Positions 60,812-64,000 of a DNA stretch of 64,000 nt are shown one piece after another; the first letter of the stretch is position 1; every line of letters begins with the position of its first letter. Both the position numbers and the translations under genes were made by a program. Below the pieces are notes generated by a model. That model saw only the letters and a program-made list of their open reading frames with translations. It made no database searches and was not told the DNA's origin. The DNA is taken from positions 96,001 through 160,000 of the forward strand of contig CAWAHW010000007.1 in NCBI GenBank assembly GCA_963781885.1. Direction: 5' to 3'. This DNA is from an uncultured Spirochaetota bacterium (GTDB lineage Bacteria; Spirochaetota; Spirochaetia; SZUA-6; Fen-1364).

Positions 60812-62272
60812 ATGCGTCGTCTGACCCTATTCAGCCTTGGCGTGCTCCTGCTCGCGAGCCTTGCGGCATGCTCCTACAACTACCGCATCGACATTCAGCC
60901 GCCGGATGCGCGCGTGAGCGCGAACGGCGCGGCCGTCGAAACCGGCAAAAACGTGTCGCTCCACGGCCGCTCGCTCGCCGTCACCGCGCTTCACGACGGG
61001 TATACCGACTTCAGCGGCTCCTATCGCCATCCCTTCTGGTTCGGGGAGAGGAAGATCTCCATCCAGATGGAGAGACGGAGCTACGCCGTCCAGGTTTCCG
61101 TGCTCGGTCCCCCGGTCCCCTATACGCTGGACGCGACGCTTTCGGGAACGACCCCGTTCTCCGGGAGTCTTGCCTACGGGGAGCACCACCTCGTGGTGAC
61201 GGAGCCCGATAAGACGCAGAAGACGATCGATTTCGCCGTGACCGGCCCCGGCCCCTACGTTTTCCGCCCCCAGAGCGCGCCGATCCCCCTCCAGCCCGTC
61301 GGTGTTTTCGACTGCGGCCTCCAGCCCAAGCAGATCCTCTTTTCCCCCGACGACAAGGAGCTTTTCATCCCGCTCCTGAACGGGAAGGGCTTCCAGATCC
61401 TGAACCTTTCCACGCGCACCATGCAGACGGTGGAGGTGGAGAAGTTCGGCAAGGACGTCGGCTTCGTGGAGGACATCATCATCCCCCGCGCGCCGAATGC
61501 GGCGGACAAGGACTATCGGCTGCTCGTGTCGCAGATGACCACCGCGCGGGTGCACGAGTACAAGCTGAAGCCTGACGGCAGCGTGGAATATGTCCGTTCC
61601 TTCAAGACGGGCGGGAATTGGTCCAAGGTCATCGCCTGGCTGCCGCAGCAGGACCTCCTGGCGGTGTCCAACTGGCTCAGCAACGACGTGACCCTCCTGG
61701 ACTACACGACCGCGAATGTCGTGCGAAAGCTCGGCGGTCTGGATGTGCCGCGCGGCATGGCCTTTACGCCGGACGGCAAGTCGCTGGCCGTGGCGTCCTT
61801 CAATGGCGGCTTCATCACCGAGTTCGACACGCAGACCTGGACGCGGACAAGGACGATCCAGCGTCCTGCCGGCGCCGCGCCGCGGCACATCGTCATCACC
61901 CAGGACGGCAAGTACTACTACGTGAGCGACATGGCGCGCGACGAGGTCCTGAAGATCGACCAGGCGACGTTCACCATCGTCCACGCCTACCCGACCCACT
62001 CGAATACCAACAGCATCGATCTGTCATCCGATGGACGGCTGCTCGCTATTTCCTGCCGCGGTCCGAACAATCCCGGCGGCTACGAGCTGAAAAGCCCCTC
62101 GGGAGGCTGGGTCATGATCTACGATACCCGCAACGACACCCTCCTGGCGACCATTGAAGGCGGGCTCCAGCCCACGGGGCTCGACATCAGCAACGATGAC
62201 AAGCTGCTTGCCTTCACCAATTTCCAGGACCCGACCGTGGAGATCTATTCGCTGGAAGGATTGCTGAAGTAG
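60812..62272 (+). CDS. Lipoprotein with PEGA-like domains and a YncE/YVTN beta-propeller
   Basis: Lipobox LAAC; 'P.DA.V..NG', 'GTTP'; propeller blades PRGMAFTPDG, PRHIVITQDG, PTGLDISND. Confidence 0.87.
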   Translation: MRRLTLFSLGVLLLASLAACSYNYRIDIQPPDARVSANGAAVETGKNVSLHGRSLAVTALHDGYTDFSGSYRHPFWFGERKISIQMERRSYAVQVSVLGPPVPYTLDATLSGTTPFSGSLAYGEHHLVVTEPDKTQKTIDFAVTGPGPYVFRPQSAPIPLQPVGVFDCGLQPKQILFSPDDKELFIPLLNGKGFQILNLSTRTMQTVEVEKFGKDVGFVEDIIIPRAPNAADKDYRLLVSQMTTARVHEYKLKPDGSVEYVRSFKTGGNWSKVIAWLPQQDLLAVSNWLSNDVTLLDYTTANVVRKLGGLDVPRGMAFTPDGKSLAVASFNGGFITEFDTQTWTRTRTIQRPAGAAPRHIVITQDGKYYYVSDMARDEVLKIDQATFTIVHAYPTHSNTNSIDLSSDGRLLAISCRGPNNPGGYELKSPSGGWVMIYDTRNDTLLATIEGGLQPTGLDISNDDKLLAFTNFQDPTVEIYSLEGLLK

Positions 62273-62324
62273 GACAGGCGTCTTTTCGCGCGACGGCCGC
62301 CCCGCGTCCACGCCCCGTCGGGCT

Positions 62325-62564
62325 CTATCGCCGTCCCCTGCGGAACACCATGAGGATGAGGCCGATGAGCGCCACGGCGCCGCCGCCGACCATCTCGACG
62401 ATCGCCTGCTGCTCCTCGGTGGATCTGCCGGTGAAGAGTTTCTGCAGCGCCCCGCCCAGGGACGCCTTCTGATTGTTGTACGTCACGATGCCGTACGCCA
62501 GCACGGCGGCGCCGACGACGAACAGGATGAGGCCGGCGAGAAGGCGCGAATCGTTGCGTTTCAT
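62325..62564 (-). CDS. Small two-TM membrane protein (DUF3185-like)
   Basis: Two hydrophobic helices flanking 'FTGRST'; GGGAG SD. Confidence 0.75.
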   Translation of the reverse strand: MKRNDSRLLAGLILFVVGAAVLAYGIVTYNNQKASLGGALQKLFTGRSTEEQQAIVEMVGGGAVALIGLILMVFRRGRR

Positions 62565-62826
62565 TTTCTCCCTTTCAGACTTTCAGCCCGTGGGCCAGGA
62601 TGGCGGGCGGCTTCATCACGACGCAGCATACCAGGTGATGCCCATCGATCCAATGGGGGCGCGGCACTGTCCGTGCACCCGCGATTCAGGGCGGCGAAGC
62701 CTCACGCGCACGGCGACCGACGCGCATCATGATGAAGCCGCCCTTCCCCCTTTTCCGCCGACACACGCATTGTGTATGCTGGCGCCGGCCTTGGACAAGA
62801 CAGCAACAGAGGAAGGTCAAGCCGCC

Positions 62827-63600
62827 GTGCCTGCCCCCACAGTTTTCACGATCCCGACCGGCCCGGACGCCCACGGCTCCTTCCTGCCTGCCCCGGACGG
62901 GCGTCTCTGTGGCATCTCGCTCCTGCCTGCCGGCGACATGGCGCTTTCCCGGCGCGCCGCGTTTCCCGATCGTGCGCGGTTCCTGGCGGCACTCGGCGTG
63001 CCGGCGGACAGGGTCTTCGCGCTGCGGCAGGTGCATTCCCGCCGGGTCGTCGTTCTTGCCGGCCTGGCACCGCAGGATCTGGAGGCGACCGAAGCGGACG
63101 GCATGCTTTCGGACCGCCAGGACGTGCTCCTCACGGTCACGGTTGCCGACTGCCTTCCCATCGTCCTGGTGGACACGCGCCGCGGCGTCTTCGGCATTGT
63201 GCATTCGGGGTGGAAGGGAACGGGCATTGCGGCGGAGGCGGTGCGCCTCATGCGGGAGAGCTTCGGCACGCGGCCCCCGGATATCGCGGTGACGATCGGA
63301 CCGGGGATCGGCGCGTGCTGCTACCGCGTGCCGGGCGAGCGGGCGGCGCTCTTCGAAGCCGAGCACGGACCGGGCACGGTCGTTTATGGCGCGGATGGAA
63401 CGCCGCGGCTGGACCTGCGTGCCGCGAACGTGGCGCTGTTGGAAAGGGCGGGTGTGGAGAACATCGCCGTTGCCTCTGACTGCACCTGCTGCACGCCGGA
63501 TCTTGCCTCCTTCCGACGCCAGGGAGCGGCGCAATTCACGCTCATGCTCGCCTATGTCGGCGGCGTGGCGATTCCGCGCGCCCCAGCAGGGGGTACATAG
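62827..63600 (+). CDS. pgeF: YfiH/PgeF (DUF152) polyphenol oxidase-like / purine nucleoside phosphorylase family protein
   Basis: QVHS, EADG, ADCLPI, HSGWKG, GPGIG.CCY, CTCC...SFRR. Confidence 0.9.
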   Translation: MPAPTVFTIPTGPDAHGSFLPAPDGRLCGISLLPAGDMALSRRAAFPDRARFLAALGVPADRVFALRQVHSRRVVVLAGLAPQDLEATEADGMLSDRQDVLLTVTVADCLPIVLVDTRRGVFGIVHSGWKGTGIAAEAVRLMRESFGTRPPDIAVTIGPGIGACCYRVPGERAALFEAEHGPGTVVYGADGTPRLDLRAANVALLERAGVENIAVASDCTCCTPDLASFRRQGAAQFTLMLAYVGGVAIPRAPAGGT

Positions 63601-64000
63601 ATGTTCCAGGTCCGGCGCATGACGGCGGCAGACAAGCCGGCGATGATGGAGATCAGCTCTCTGATCTGGGAGGGACACGATTACCTGCCGTCCGTGTTCG
63701 ACGCATGGGTGGCGGACCGCGAAGGGGAATTCGCCGCCATTCTCCTGGGCGACAGGCTGGTCGGCTGTGGAAAGCTCACGTTCCTCACGCCGGCGGACGC
63801 GTGGCTGGAAGGGCTCCGCAAAGACCCGCGCGTGAAGGAGAAAGGGCTCGCCGTGTTCGTGACGCGCTACTTCCTGGCCCGGCTTGCCGATCGCGGAGGG
63901 CTGGCCTCCGTGCGCTTTTCCACGTACCTGACGAACGCGGCGTCCCGGGACGCCAACGAGCGGCTGGGCTTTTCGGTGCGCGCGCGGCTGTCGCTGAAGG
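63601..64000 (+). CDS. GNAT acetyltransferase (runs off the window edge)
   Basis: Hand translation MFQVRRMTAADK..IWEGHDYLP...WLEGLRKDP...KG...N.AS...ERLGF. Confidence 0.85.
   Translation, partial: MFQVRRMTAADKPAMMEISSLIWEGHDYLPSVFDAWVADREGEFAAILLGDRLVGCGKLTFLTPADAWLEGLRKDPRVKEKGLAVFVTRYFLARLADRGGLASVRFSTYLTNAASRDANERLGFSVRARLSLK

Noticed and set aside
62782-62826. Riboswitch in the pgeF leader
   Set aside because: Only a weak possible stem around an A-rich loop, with no recognisable aptamer consensus.
1-64000. tRNA or rRNA genes
   Set aside because: None recognised by eye; intergenic gaps are short or otherwise explained. A covariance-model scan would be needed to exclude them.

Overview
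High-GC bacterial chromosomal window from a probable anaerobe. The lipoproteins and [FeFe]-hydrogenase content would fit a free-living Spirochaetia-like organism, but this is inference only. Contents in order: sugar MFS and GH38 mannosidase, KirBac channel, PepC, several PAS histidine kinases, ABC transporters, a short accessory SecA, AddAB, PolX, an NtrC-type two-component pair, an orphan DNA methyltransferase next to a restriction-enzyme remnant, a 14-kb sigma54-headed [FeFe]-hydrogenase/sensor cluster, lipoproteins and an IS110-family element. About nine genes carry single-base frameshifts, mostly in homopolymer runs, and these are probably assembly errors. Main findings: (1) a membrane uORF ending in RSPP whose arrest-site codons can pair with the Shine-Dalgarno of the downstream secA paralog, a candidate SecM-like secretion monitor; (2) an IS1111-type IS110 whose downstream non-coding region has the layout of a bridge RNA, with guides matching its own ends and its target, which is one arm of an inverted repeat; (3) a dispersed GCCACGG-N4-CCGTGGC palindrome family, with one array inserted in frame in HydB; (4) a HydB-GltD/NfnB-like fusion and two hydrogenase-like sensor fusions; (5) recurrent leaderless-type promoters.
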